IMG/VR virus record: IMGVR_UViG_3300028048_001599
Length of the DNA: 64,000 bases
Strand: one strand, 5' to 3'
Source of the DNA: a virus
Lineage: Duplodnaviria > Heunggongvirae > Uroviricota > Caudoviricetes
The position numbers and the translations under genes were made by a program. The notes under the pieces are model-generated. The model saw only the letters and a list, made by a program, of their open reading frames with translations, searched no databases and was not told where the DNA came from. Each line of letters opens with the position of its first letter. Position 1 is the first letter of the stretch. Below are positions 21,573 to 31,639 of the stretch, in pieces.

Positions 21573-22571
21573 ATGAAAAAAGGATTATGTTTAGTATTGT
21601 CAGCATTAGCAATTGTAGGTGGAACACTACCAACTGTTTCATACACTGTAGATGCTGCATCGAAGGTATCTAAGACTTCAGCTATGTCAAGTACTATGAA
21701 GAAGTCAACCAAATCGTCTGCTAAGGTTAATGTAGTTAAGGTAGAATATAAAACTGTTGAATTAGCAAAAGGTGATGTGTATAGCGTGACTTACTATGGG
21801 TATAACAACTTGACAGGTGTGAATAGTACAAATTCTTCAGTTGCTTCTGCTAAGATTAAAAATCAATCGAGTAAATTAGAAGTAACAATAAAGAATAGGG
21901 GTACTGCTGACGTTACTGCTTCTTTCAAGGATGGTTCAAAGGTAAAAATTCACATTATAGCTACTAATTATAAATATTCCGATGTGTTTAAAACAACAAA
22001 GAAAACAAGTGACAAAACATATTGGTCTACTTGCAAATTAGGGGGTTCTGATAAGAAGATTGTTTACCGTACAGGAAAAAGAATAAAAACAGTGAAGCAT
22101 ATAGACGGCACAAAATCAGTTTTGTCTTGGACTTTAGGTAAATGGGATTCTAAGGAGACTTATAATGGGTATGTAACATTCAAGGTGAACAAGGGTGGGT
22201 ATGAAGTTATCCAGATAGTTTATACCGATGGAACATCTGAAAAGGTTGGTTTTACATGTGATAGTCCGAGACCTGTGTCGTATAGTCCTATGTCAATATC
22301 ATATAATCAGTTTATGAGCATGGGGGTAGTAAACTTTGATGGTAAGAGATTCACATATTATTCTCAGTCAGTTCTTCCGGGCTATGGTTTGAATATACCT
22401 GGTAGGCATGTAGATAATGGGTATGTTTGTGATGGTGATGGTTATATTGTTCTTGCTTCACCTAATCTTACAACTTATCCGCGGTATTCGGTAATAAACA
22501 CACCTTTTGGTAAGAAGGGTAAATTCTACGACTTCTGTCCGGGTGGTAGTTTTGACGTATATGTTCAGTAA
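21573..22571 (+). CDS. secreted protein with C-terminal 3D/DPBB-like (possible peptidoglycan-lytic) domain
   Basis: signal peptide; C-terminal TYYSQ..LPG.GL.IPGRH...DGDGYIVLAS...TP.G..GK.YD....FDVY. Confidence 0.55.
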   Translation: MKKGLCLVLSALAIVGGTLPTVSYTVDAASKVSKTSAMSSTMKKSTKSSAKVNVVKVEYKTVELAKGDVYSVTYYGYNNLTGVNSTNSSVASAKIKNQSSKLEVTIKNRGTADVTASFKDGSKVKIHIIATNYKYSDVFKTTKKTSDKTYWSTCKLGGSDKKIVYRTGKRIKTVKHIDGTKSVLSWTLGKWDSKETYNGYVTFKVNKGGYEVIQIVYTDGTSEKVGFTCDSPRPVSYSPMSISYNQFMSMGVVNFDGKRFTYYSQSVLPGYGLNIPGRHVDNGYVCDGDGYIVLASPNLTTYPRYSVINTPFGKKGKFYDFCPGGSFDVYVQ

Positions 22572-22575
22572 TAGT

Positions 22576-22608
22576 AATGGCACAGTTTTTACTGTGCCAT
22601 TTCTTTTT
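22576..22608 (+). terminator. rho-independent terminator
   Basis: AATGGCACAGT-tttt-ACTGTGCCATT then TCTTTTT. Confidence 0.8.
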
Positions 22609-22677
22609 ATAAAAATTCTGACAAAGGTGTAAAAAGGTTAAAATCCGACAAATGATTTATGATAAATTAGTATCGAG

Positions 22678-24123
22678 GTGATATCAGTGAGTTATAAATT
22701 AATTGGTCGAAAGAAGTATAACTGGCGTAGTATATCTCATTACATGCTATTAGACCCTAACGGTAATATAAAATTAGTACCACCAAATGAAGCTATAGTG
22801 ATGTATGAAAAGGGAGAAATAGACGGGGTAAAATTAATTAACAAGGTATTAAGAATAACTTACACTAACGATCGTTTAGTTCCGTCATTCAATCAAGACG
22901 GCATTGGGAGACAGGATAATTCTGTTGTAATACTGAGGGCTTTGCATAGTAATAGAGAGATTGTAGGCTACACTGTTCTTCTCCCAAGTGGTACACAAAA
23001 GAATTTAAGAACACGAGAAATTATTGACACACTTGTAAACAAATTAAAATTAGGGTTTTTAAATGCTACCGTAGTAAATGGTAGAATAACTGGGTCATTT
23101 CCTCACATTGATATAGATAAAAAAGAACAACCAAAAGTTACTGTTCAAAAACCTGTAAAAAAGGCAACAATTGTAGAAAAACTAAAGTATACAGTTATTA
23201 AAGAAACACCCAAATATCGTTCAAATAATACTCCTATATTTGAGGAGTTTCCGTCTATTTCAAGATATAGTAATCTACGTTATTTTTGTGTAGAATCATA
23301 TCCGTCTGTAATATTTGAAGTGGTAACTTCTGAATTTGTAAATAGTTTAGATTACAAAGAAATACAGGGGGTAGATAGGTTCTCACTTAAATTAATAGTT
23401 CATATAATATTAGATGAAAATACACCTGCGGATTTAATAATAAACCCACCTTTATTAAATAAGCAAATTATATTAGGTTCGGCTATATACCGTGGTCATT
23501 GTTTGATAAATACACTTTCAGTAAAGGCATCTGTTGTATTAGATTCAGCTTTTTGTGATTTAAAAAATGTACTATTTCGTAATATATTTATATATTGTGG
23601 TGAAAATGGTTATATTGGAAATGAATCATTTTATAAAGCTAATATAGAAAACATTGAAATAAATTCTCATAATAGTCTAATTATAGGTGACAGTGCTTTT
23701 GAATGTAGTACATTAAAGTCGTTCAATGGTGGTTTTGATAGTTTAATAGAAGACTATTCGGAGCTATCATTAGGTGTTTCTGTATTCAAGAATTGCATAT
23801 TTTTAAGTAAATTTCAATGGAAAGGAGTAGTTAAATATCTACCTGATAATTTATTTCATAACTGTGTATTTCTTCAAAAGCTACTTATTGACCGTTTTGA
23901 TGACTTAAAGTTAGGGCGAAACGTTTTCTATTATGATGATAATTCCAATAAGACCATTCCAGATAATATAGATAAGGAAAAATTTTTACGATATCTTAAT
24001 CAATGTAAGAAGATTCGTAAAGAGCGTGTTATTGAGGTATTACATCTTAATAATATTGTGGACAATCAAGGTATAAAATTTATTACAGAAAGGGTCGATG
24101 TGAACAATGAAAGCAAGGTTTAG
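22678..24123 (+). CDS. protein with N-terminal duplicated family module and C-terminal BspA-like LRR (LRR_5)
   Basis: IGDSAFECS, LGVSVFKNC, LPDNLFHNC, LGRNVFY repeats; N-terminal YKLIG.../IVGY.. modules shared with 13182, 14476 and 47203. Confidence 0.6.
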   Translation: MISVSYKLIGRKKYNWRSISHYMLLDPNGNIKLVPPNEAIVMYEKGEIDGVKLINKVLRITYTNDRLVPSFNQDGIGRQDNSVVILRALHSNREIVGYTVLLPSGTQKNLRTREIIDTLVNKLKLGFLNATVVNGRITGSFPHIDIDKKEQPKVTVQKPVKKATIVEKLKYTVIKETPKYRSNNTPIFEEFPSISRYSNLRYFCVESYPSVIFEVVTSEFVNSLDYKEIQGVDRFSLKLIVHIILDENTPADLIINPPLLNKQIILGSAIYRGHCLINTLSVKASVVLDSAFCDLKNVLFRNIFIYCGENGYIGNESFYKANIENIEINSHNSLIIGDSAFECSTLKSFNGGFDSLIEDYSELSLGVSVFKNCIFLSKFQWKGVVKYLPDNLFHNCVFLQKLLIDRFDDLKLGRNVFYYDDNSNKTIPDNIDKEKFLRYLNQCKKIRKERVIEVLHLNNIVDNQGIKFITERVDVNNESKV

Positions 24124-27100
24124 AAAATTTGTAGCTGTCGCTTCAGCAGTGACATTGTTAACAAGTAGTGGGGTAAGTACAGTTTTACCTGTGGCTGTTA
24201 CCGCAAGTGCTGCCGAAACAACATCAGCAGGGGTAGCTACAGAAATTAAGGTTTATGATAGTAAGGGTAAGGATGTCAGTGTAAATGTAGTAACACCTAT
24301 ATCAAACACTGAATTAAATCAACCAAATCATGAATTCACTGAAGCAAAGTATTCTTATGATAGCATAGGTCGTAGAGTCTACGTTAAGGAAATGTACGAG
24401 GCATTTACAGTAGTTCTTGATAACCCTGATGATAGTCTTGCTGTAGCACAGGTAGGTTCAGCAAAATTGGGGGTAAAAAACCCTATATCGGTTACTAATG
24501 AGGGTGATGGAGTTTATAAGGTTCGTATTATTACAAAACGTGTAACAGGTTCTTATAGTAATGAAACCGCAACAAGTCAGACTGTAACCACTGAAACAAT
24601 GCCTGAAGGTGAATACACATTTACATTAACAACAGCAAGTGGTAACATTTACAGAGCAATTCATGTATCTGTTCGTTCTGTATTCTCTTCAATTGAAATT
24701 AGTCTTGGGGACAAATCAAAGCTGCTTGAAATTGTAAAATCACAGGGTGACAGTGAAAAAGGTTTTTATGAGCTTCAATTAGGTGGTTTTGTAGCAATAG
24801 CAAATCATCAGATGGAAATATCTAAAAACATTAAAGGTAGTAAATATGACAATGTAAAATATGCTATTGTTGCAGATAAAAACGATACACCTACAAATAT
24901 AGCTGAAATTACTCAGGATGGTGTATTCACTCCGAAGTCAAGTGGAACAGGGTATCTTAAAGTTATGACATCAGATGATAGTGAGCACTGGTGTGCTGTT
25001 ACGGCTTCAGTTGAGGGTGAAACAGTAACGATTCAAGGTAAGGAACGCAAGACTACTTGTAAAGAGCAAAAATATAAGAAATTTGATTATCCTGCGTATA
25101 TTCACTTTATTGTTGTAAAAGAAAACCCAGCAAAAAGTTTGTCATTTATCAATGCTCCGAATACAATTTATAAGGGTTCAGACACAGCTCTAAAGTTGGA
25201 AAAAATTCCTACATACAATAGTAGTGAATATGCAACTAGTGCGACCGATACTATTACATGGACATCAAGTGACCCTAAAGTTGCAACGGTATCAAAAGAC
25301 GGGGTAGTTACTCCAAAAACAAGTGGTAAAGTAGTAATTAGGGCACAGGGTGAAAGTAGTAATGTGTTTGTAGAGCATACAATTACAGTAGTTGCTAAAG
25401 CATCTTCACTTACAATTAATGAGAATCCGATTTTATTAGCAAGTGGTAGTACAATTAATATTTCAGCTACAATGAAACCAGTTGAAGCCAATGAAAAAAT
25501 CACTTGGACTACTGAGGATTCATCCATAGCTAAGGTTGAGGAAAGTAGTAAAGATTTAGGCAACACTCAATCAGTAAAGCTTACTGGTGTATCAGATGGT
25601 GTAACGAAGATTTATGCTCGTACTGCTTCTGGTAAAGAATTTGTTGGTACTGTTACAGTAAATTCAAAGCCTCCTGTTGATAACTTTGAAATTTACAGTA
25701 ACAATAAACAAATAACAAATAATGCTACTCTTGTAGTTTATGATGACCAAACAATAGAGCTGACAGGTAAATCATTTACAAAGGGTACTTTCCTTGATAA
25801 CGAGGTAACATGGGAACTTACAGATTCCTCTGGGGTAGTTAGAGTTCTTGAAAATAGCAATACGTTAAAATTTAAGACTCTTACAACTGGTACTATTAAG
25901 GTTAAGGCAATATGTAATTCAGACTCATCAATAACTAGAACATTTACGATGAAAATTGCGAAGTCTGCAAACGAAATAATACTCTTTGATAAAGATGGCA
26001 ACAGAATAAACTATTCTAAGGACATTATAAAGGGTGTTTCACTTCCTATAACTGTTAAGCTTACAGCTAATGGTTCAGAACAACACAATGATAGCGTTGC
26101 ATCTTGGGAATCTTCTAATAAATCTGTTGCTACCGTATCTTCTACAGGTGTTGTAATTCCTGTTGGTTCAGGTACAACTGATTTGACTGTAACTACCGCA
26201 AGTGGTAGGTCAAAGAAAGTGACAATCAATGTTCGTGTACTTTCAAAGATAGCTATTAAGGAAGTGACTTCTTCTAACTTTGAACTTGTTTATAGTTCTA
26301 CAAGCATGAAGAAACAATTTACCGTCGTTGCTTACGACGACGAGAACAAACGTATCAACGGACTTGACGAGTATTGGACTTCCTCAAATAAGAATGTCGC
26401 AGAAGTAAGTTCTAATGGTACAGTTACAGTAAAGGGTAAAGGTACTTCAAAGATATCTGTTCAGGTAGGTAATCGTAGAACATCTTTTAATCTTATTGTA
26501 AAGGTTTCTCTTAATCAGTGTACTATCAGTCCTATAGGTAACATTGAATATCAACCTGGAAAAACATCATATAACCCTGCAACAACAGTTAAGTACGGTA
26601 ATACAGTTCTTGACCGTGGTAATAAGGGTGACTATGTAGTAAGTTATGAAAACAATAAAGGGGTAGGTAGAGCAACCGCAATACTCACCGGTGTTGGTGA
26701 ATTTGTAGGTACTAAATCAGTTGTATTTAGTATTACTCCGAAGGACATAACTACTGGAACATCAGTTAAGGGTCTTACAAATAAGGTATATACAGGTAAT
26801 GCAATAGCACCTAGTGGTATGCAGGTATACAGTGGCAACTATCTTATGAAACCGGGAACTGATTATACATTTACTGTAAGTAACAACATTAAGGTTGGCA
26901 CAGCAAAAATAGTAATAAGAGGTATGGGTAACTTTAAGGGTGTATACAATGCATCGTTCAACATAACTCCTAAATCTCTTGCTTCAACAAGTGGTTTGTC
27001 AATATCTATTGATAAGTTTACATATGAATACACTGGTAGAGATATCAACCCCAAGGTAACGGCTAAATTAAACGGGGTAGTATTTAAAGACTTTAATGTT

Positions 27101-27757
27101 TCTTACTTAAACAATAAGAATGTTGGTACTGGTACTGTTAAGTTGACTGGTAAGAATAACTACAATGGAACAATTTCAAAGACATTTAAGATTATGCAGG
27201 CTTACCCATCGAAGATTACTTTGAATAAATCATCCTATAGCTTGGGTGTTAATGAAACTGTAACATTGAAGGCTACTATTGATAAAGCTGACTTTACTAA
27301 AAATAAGACTATCAAATGGTCATCTACTAACAATAGTATAGCTGCTGTATCTAATGGTAAGGTTGTAGGTAAAAAGGCTGGTACGGCTACTATTAAAGCT
27401 ACATCGGCTAATGGTAAGGTAGTTGCTCAGTGCAAGATTACTGTAGCAAAAGCTCCTTCAGACATCAAGATATCTTTACCAAAACCGAGTCAAGTAAAAT
27501 CGAAATCTTTCGATAAAAATAAATCACTGACTTCTATTACTGTTAAGGTAGGAACAAAATTCCAGTTAGGAAGTAGTGTTTCAAGTGGTTCAGTTTCCAA
27601 TACACGTGATTGGAGTACAAGCAATAAGTCTGTAGTATCAATTGTCGACAATGCATGGAATAGGTCATTTAAAGCGAATAAAGTAGGTACTGCAACGATT
27701 ACTGTTAAGACTTATAATGGTAAGAAGGCTACTTGTAAAGTAACGGTGGTTAAATAA
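24107..27757 (+). CDS. large secreted Ig-like (Big_2) repeat surface protein
   Basis: signal peptide; repeated W.SS...VA.V...G.V....G...I..T...G....C.VTV; also Y.NN..VG.A...I.G.GN..G modules. Confidence 0.8.
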   Translation: MKARFRKFVAVASAVTLLTSSGVSTVLPVAVTASAAETTSAGVATEIKVYDSKGKDVSVNVVTPISNTELNQPNHEFTEAKYSYDSIGRRVYVKEMYEAFTVVLDNPDDSLAVAQVGSAKLGVKNPISVTNEGDGVYKVRIITKRVTGSYSNETATSQTVTTETMPEGEYTFTLTTASGNIYRAIHVSVRSVFSSIEISLGDKSKLLEIVKSQGDSEKGFYELQLGGFVAIANHQMEISKNIKGSKYDNVKYAIVADKNDTPTNIAEITQDGVFTPKSSGTGYLKVMTSDDSEHWCAVTASVEGETVTIQGKERKTTCKEQKYKKFDYPAYIHFIVVKENPAKSLSFINAPNTIYKGSDTALKLEKIPTYNSSEYATSATDTITWTSSDPKVATVSKDGVVTPKTSGKVVIRAQGESSNVFVEHTITVVAKASSLTINENPILLASGSTINISATMKPVEANEKITWTTEDSSIAKVEESSKDLGNTQSVKLTGVSDGVTKIYARTASGKEFVGTVTVNSKPPVDNFEIYSNNKQITNNATLVVYDDQTIELTGKSFTKGTFLDNEVTWELTDSSGVVRVLENSNTLKFKTLTTGTIKVKAICNSDSSITRTFTMKIAKSANEIILFDKDGNRINYSKDIIKGVSLPITVKLTANGSEQHNDSVASWESSNKSVATVSSTGVVIPVGSGTTDLTVTTASGRSKKVTINVRVLSKIAIKEVTSSNFELVYSSTSMKKQFTVVAYDDENKRINGLDEYWTSSNKNVAEVSSNGTVTVKGKGTSKISVQVGNRRTSFNLIVKVSLNQCTISPIGNIEYQPGKTSYNPATTVKYGNTVLDRGNKGDYVVSYENNKGVGRATAILTGVGEFVGTKSVVFSITPKDITTGTSVKGLTNKVYTGNAIAPSGMQVYSGNYLMKPGTDYTFTVSNNIKVGTAKIVIRGMGNFKGVYNASFNITPKSLASTSGLSISIDKFTYEYTGRDINPKVTAKLNGVVFKDFNVSYLNNKNVGTGTVKLTGKNNYNGTISKTFKIMQAYPSKITLNKSSYSLGVNETVTLKATIDKADFTKNKTIKWSSTNNSIAAVSNGKVVGKKAGTATIKATSANGKVVAQCKITVAKAPSDIKISLPKPSQVKSKSFDKNKSLTSITVKVGTKFQLGSSVSSGSVSNTRDWSTSNKSVVSIVDNAWNRSFKANKVGTATITVKTYNGKKATCKVTVVK

Positions 27758-27779
27758 TACATACAGTAAAACAGCGTTC

Positions 27780-27805
27780 ATAGGGGTAACTTCGGTTACC
27801 CCTAT
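27780..27805 (+). terminator. hairpin terminator
   Basis: ATAGGGGTAAC-ttcg-GTTACCCCTAT. Confidence 0.7.
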
Positions 27806-27826
27806 TATATTAAATTTTAGAAAGGT

Positions 27827-29989
27827 GTGGATATTATGAGAGTTAGGAAGTTTATAGCTACATCGTTAGCAGTAACGATGATAGTAAGTTCCGTAGTAGC
27901 ACTTAGTTCTTCAATTGAAACAATTGGTATAGGCGGTATTGTAGTAAATGCTGCAAGTGATACCGTTCAAATTAGGCTTGATAATGCTCCTTTGGGTAAA
28001 ACTCTTGAATTTGACGCATTAGTTGTTGGTATGGAATTACCTATTGAAGCTGGTACTATTTCGGGTGGTGCATATAAAACATCAAGCAATGTAAAATGGA
28101 CAGTATCAAATTCAAGTGTAATCAAAATAAGTAATGGGACACTTACTATAAAGGGTACAGGTGCATGTAAGATTACTGCAACAATAGGTAGTGCTTCAAC
28201 GTCAGTAAACGTCACAGTGAAAGGGGTAGCCGACTCATTTGATATAGCATACGTTCCTGCACAGGAATACACGGGGTCAGCTATTTGTCCTAAACCTGTT
28301 GTAAAGGCTTTTGGTAAAACATTGACTCTTGGTAAAGATTACACATTGTCTTACAATAATAACAAAGAGATTGGTTTAGCACATTTATATGTAAACGGTA
28401 AAGGTGATTTTAGTGGTGCACATAAGACAGTAAACTTTAATATTGTTGGTAGAAATCTTGGTACTACTTGTGAAATTACAAGTATTGCAAACTATAAATC
28501 TGAAGTTGTTTATACTGGTAAACCAATAACATTTGGAACTGTAAAGATAAGAGATAAGGGTAAAAATAAAGAACTTGTAGCAAATAAAGACTATAAAGTG
28601 GTTTATGAAAATAATACTGCTGCTATAACAAAACGTCCTGATGGTGTTCTTGTGTTTAGATATGGTATTGCTACTATTAAAGTTATGGGAATTGGTGCTT
28701 ATGGTGGTTCATTAAGTAGAACATTTAAGATAGTTCCTTGTGACATTTCTAAAGCAGAGAATAATGTAGTATTTGAGTACTCTAAGCGTGTAGCTTACAA
28801 TGGTAAGGAACAAAAACCGAAAATAACAATGAAGCGAAACGGCATGACCTTATCAGATTCAAGTTTCACAGCATCTTATAGCAATAATACAAAGATTGGT
28901 ACAGCAACAATTGATATCAAGGGTGAGTATAATTACACAGGCTCAAAGAAGTTAACATTTGAGATATGTAAGTATGCCGAACCTGCTGGTATTGCACTTA
29001 ATAAGACTTCCGCAACTTTAAGTAGTTTGGGTAAGTTAAATTTATCGTACACATTCAAAGATGAAAATGGTAAAACAATTGCTGCTAAGGACATTGCAAA
29101 GAATGGTGTTACATGGACTTCAAGTAATACCAAAGTAGCAAAGGTAAGCAACGGGGTAGTAACTCCTGTTTCCGAGGGCAATTGTACTATTACCGTTAAG
29201 ACTCAAAATGGTGAAACTGATGAGTGTGACGTTGACGTTGAAATTGACGCAGCTTCTATTTCTGTAAATAGCACTTATACAATCTACAAGGGTCTTGAAC
29301 GTAAACTTACTGCCAAAACAACACCTGCTAAATTAACTAATGGTGATCTAAAGTGGGTTTCTACTAATACGAAAGTTGTAAAAGTTGATTCAGAAGGTGT
29401 AATAACAGGGGTAAGTAATGGTACAGCTAATGTAGTTGTTTCAACACCAAATGGTAAAAAGGCAACATGTAAGGTTACTGTAGTTACTCCTGCATATGGT
29501 TTGAAACTTGATAAGACTTCATTATCACTTGAAAAAGGTAAGAAATATACTCTAAAAGCAAATTATACAAACTCAGACATATCAAGTACTGAACGTGGAA
29601 TGACTTGGTCTACAAGTAATTCTAAGGTTGCAACTGTATCAAGTGCTGGTGTTGTAACTGCTGTTGGAAATGGTACTTGTAATATCACAGTAAAGTCAAA
29701 GAATGGAAAAACTGCTACTTGTAAGGTAACGGTAAAATCACCCATTCAAAGTGTAAAATTAACTAAGACTTCAATGACTTTAAAGATAGGCAAATCCTAC
29801 ACATTAAGGGGTACGATTAGTCCATCCGATGTTTTTGACAGTAAGTTGACATGGACGACAAGCAATACAAAAATTGCTACTGTTGATAAGAATGGTAAAG
29901 TAGTAGCGAAGGCTGCTGGTTCTTGTAATATTAATGTAAGAACAGCAAATGGAAAAACAGCTACATGCAAAGTAACTGTTACAAAATAA
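27827..29989 (+). CDS. secreted Ig-like (Big_2) repeat surface protein
   Basis: signal peptide similar to 24107 gene; about five Big_2 repeats ending NGKTATCKVTV. Confidence 0.8.
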   Translation: MDIMRVRKFIATSLAVTMIVSSVVALSSSIETIGIGGIVVNAASDTVQIRLDNAPLGKTLEFDALVVGMELPIEAGTISGGAYKTSSNVKWTVSNSSVIKISNGTLTIKGTGACKITATIGSASTSVNVTVKGVADSFDIAYVPAQEYTGSAICPKPVVKAFGKTLTLGKDYTLSYNNNKEIGLAHLYVNGKGDFSGAHKTVNFNIVGRNLGTTCEITSIANYKSEVVYTGKPITFGTVKIRDKGKNKELVANKDYKVVYENNTAAITKRPDGVLVFRYGIATIKVMGIGAYGGSLSRTFKIVPCDISKAENNVVFEYSKRVAYNGKEQKPKITMKRNGMTLSDSSFTASYSNNTKIGTATIDIKGEYNYTGSKKLTFEICKYAEPAGIALNKTSATLSSLGKLNLSYTFKDENGKTIAAKDIAKNGVTWTSSNTKVAKVSNGVVTPVSEGNCTITVKTQNGETDECDVDVEIDAASISVNSTYTIYKGLERKLTAKTTPAKLTNGDLKWVSTNTKVVKVDSEGVITGVSNGTANVVVSTPNGKKATCKVTVVTPAYGLKLDKTSLSLEKGKKYTLKANYTNSDISSTERGMTWSTSNSKVATVSSAGVVTAVGNGTCNITVKSKNGKTATCKVTVKSPIQSVKLTKTSMTLKIGKSYTLRGTISPSDVFDSKLTWTTSNTKIATVDKNGKVVAKAAGSCNINVRTANGKTATCKVTVTK

Positions 29990-30010
29990 TAAAATAAGGG
30001 GACGTCAGTT

Positions 30011-30100
30011 ATGCAAGGGGTAGGTACTGGTTCTGTGCATATCACAGGTATTGGTAATTATACTGGTTCAAAGACAGTGTACTTTAATATAGTTAAATAA
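30011..30100 (+). pseudogene. orphan fragment of the repeat module of the upstream surface protein
   Basis: encodes MQGVGTGSVHITGIGNYTGSKTVYFNIVK, in frame with 27827-29989 after TAA TAA. Confidence 0.6.
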
Positions 30101-30413
30101 TATAGTTAAATAATTTTATTAGGTAAGGGTTGGCATCTAATAGATGTTAGGGTTATACTTAGGTGGTAGATTTAATCTACCACCTTCCTTATTTACAAAT
30201 GAGGTAAATTTGTGCATTAAAAATATTAACATATAATGATAATTTTAGTTATTTTGATTACGATTATTGGCATATTACACAAAACGAATGTTTTTTAGTT
30301 CAGCAAGTTCCACATCGAAGGCTATTGCAATTTATCCAAAAATATGTTATGATATATGTGTCGAAAGACAAAGGGAATAAAAGGATAAGAAAAATAACTA
30401 AGGAGAGATTTAT

Positions 30414-30593
30414 ATGTTTGGAACTAATGTATTTGTAAAGGACTCATGCAAGGTAACGCATGCAAACATTATTAAGACTGAGGGTACTACAGCAATTGCT
30501 GAAATCAACGGCAAATATTATACTGCAACGTATGATAGAGATAGCAAACTGTTTCACGTTGATTGTACCAAAGAAAGGCTTCAGACAGCTTAA
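30414..30593 (+). CDS. small hypothetical protein (59 aa, below ORF-track cutoff)
   Basis: AAGGAG RBS, MFGTNVFVKD..., followed by a terminator. Confidence 0.6.
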   Translation: MFGTNVFVKDSCKVTHANIIKTEGTTAIAEINGKYYTATYDRDSKLFHVDCTKERLQTA

Positions 30594-30606
30594 TGGTCTT
30601 GATATG

Positions 30607-30638
30607 ATGGGAACGACAATTTGTCGTTCCCATTTTTT
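30607..30638 (+). terminator. rho-independent terminator
   Basis: ATGGGAACGACA-att-TGTCGTTCCCAT then TTTTT. Confidence 0.8.
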
Positions 30639-30644
30639 GATAGG

Positions 30645-30750
30645 TCTGGAATTGCTCAGAATGGCTCACAGTCGCTTAAAATAGTTTAGGGGTATAGTTT
30701 CATAGGTAGGTCAAAAAGTCGCTTGTAGGGCTTCACAGCGGATTTTTCAG
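30645..30750. repeat. bipartite dispersed element, copy B
   Basis: TTGCTCAGAATGGCTCACAG nearly identical to 16572-16591; second half ends CGGATTTTT like copy A. Confidence 0.6.
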
Positions 30751-30810
30751 AATTGGTAATTATTGGAAGTATAAGTAAAAATATTTCACAAAAAAATTTA
30801 GAAAAAAGTG

Positions 30811-30839
30811 TTGACAAATTTGGAAATAGGTGTTATAAT
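30811..30839 (+). promoter_or_regulatory. sigmaA promoter P1 of the RNA operon
   Basis: TTGACA-17-TATAAT, TG extension, A-tract UP-like element. Confidence 0.85.
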
Positions 30840-30915
30840 CGTTAATGTAATCGAAAAGGTCAGTACAATTATAGGACAGAGTAAGAATATAAATCAAAAA
30901 TCTTGGTTGTATTGT

Positions 30916-30944
30916 TTGATATATTCTGAAAAAGTTGTTATAAT
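30916..30944 (+). promoter_or_regulatory. sigmaA promoter P2
   Basis: TTGATA-17-TATAAT, TG extension. Confidence 0.7.
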
Positions 30945-31015
30945 CAGGTACGGGGTAAATATCGGTAGAATTTGTCAATCATGAAAAAATCTTGAAAATT
31001 TTTTTGAAAAAAGTG

Positions 31016-31044
31016 TTGACAAAGATGGAAAAATGTGTTATAAT
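31016..31044 (+). promoter_or_regulatory. sigmaA promoter P3
   Basis: TTGACA-17-TATAAT, TG extension, same AAAAAAGTG upstream as P1. Confidence 0.85.
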
Positions 31045-31317
31045 GAAAAAGCGGTAAAAAAGTAGGATGTTTCATGTAAATGGCTTCTTTTTTGGCTTTC
31101 ATTATTCTGTCCTCCGATTTACCAGAGTGATAGAATGTCTGGCATACATCGATTATTCCGCAAATACTCGATGGCAGTTGCTACTGAGCTGCATTTAGTA
31201 CCTTAGACCGCATTGGGTACTACCTCCTTTCTATCGGTAGCTGAACTCGAAAAGATGAGGGTGTCAACCTTATGGTTGACGAGTGTGATGTGGTGGAGGT
31301 TTCACACAGCTAAATAT

Positions 31318-31362
31318 GGTAGTAATGGTACTTTATTACAGGTTCGACTCCTGTAGCTACCT
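31318..31362 (+). ncRNA. armless tRNA-like minihelix 1
   Basis: GGTAGT/GCTACC stem + bulged A + ACAGG-TTCGACT-CCTGT T-arm, no D or anticodon arm. Confidence 0.6.
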
Positions 31363-31522
31363 GTGAACCGCTTGCAATTATGAGAAGTATGTTTTCAAAT
31401 TAGCAAGTAAAACCCAACCGTTGGCACATTGGGGGAGAACACCGGGGGTGTTTGTTGATTACTTGTGACCGGGAACAGTGGGGGAGGCAAGGTTACATGC
31501 TGCGGTTACTTGCCATTTATAT

Positions 31523-31593
31523 GATGGGAATGGATGGTTCTTGCAGACTTTGTTAGCTTTTGGAACTGGTCGGTTCGACTCCGACACCTGTCA
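31523..31593 (+). ncRNA. tRNA-like element 2 (minihelix with an inserted hairpin)
   Basis: GATGGG/CCTGTC stem + bulged A + GTCGG-TTCGACT-CCGAC T-arm. Confidence 0.55.
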
Positions 31594-31597
31594 ATGT

Positions 31598-31639
31598 GGT
31601 GGTGTACAAGTATGGTCGGTGCAACTCCGATAGCCACCT
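31598..31639 (+). ncRNA. armless tRNA-like minihelix 3
   Basis: GGTGGT/GCCACC stem + bulged A + GTCGG-TGCAACT-CCGAT T-arm. Confidence 0.55.

Noticed and set aside
31598-31639. Twister-sister ribozyme (GGTGCAA.TCC loop)
   Set aside because: Lacks the other conserved junction elements; the architecture matches the minihelices instead.
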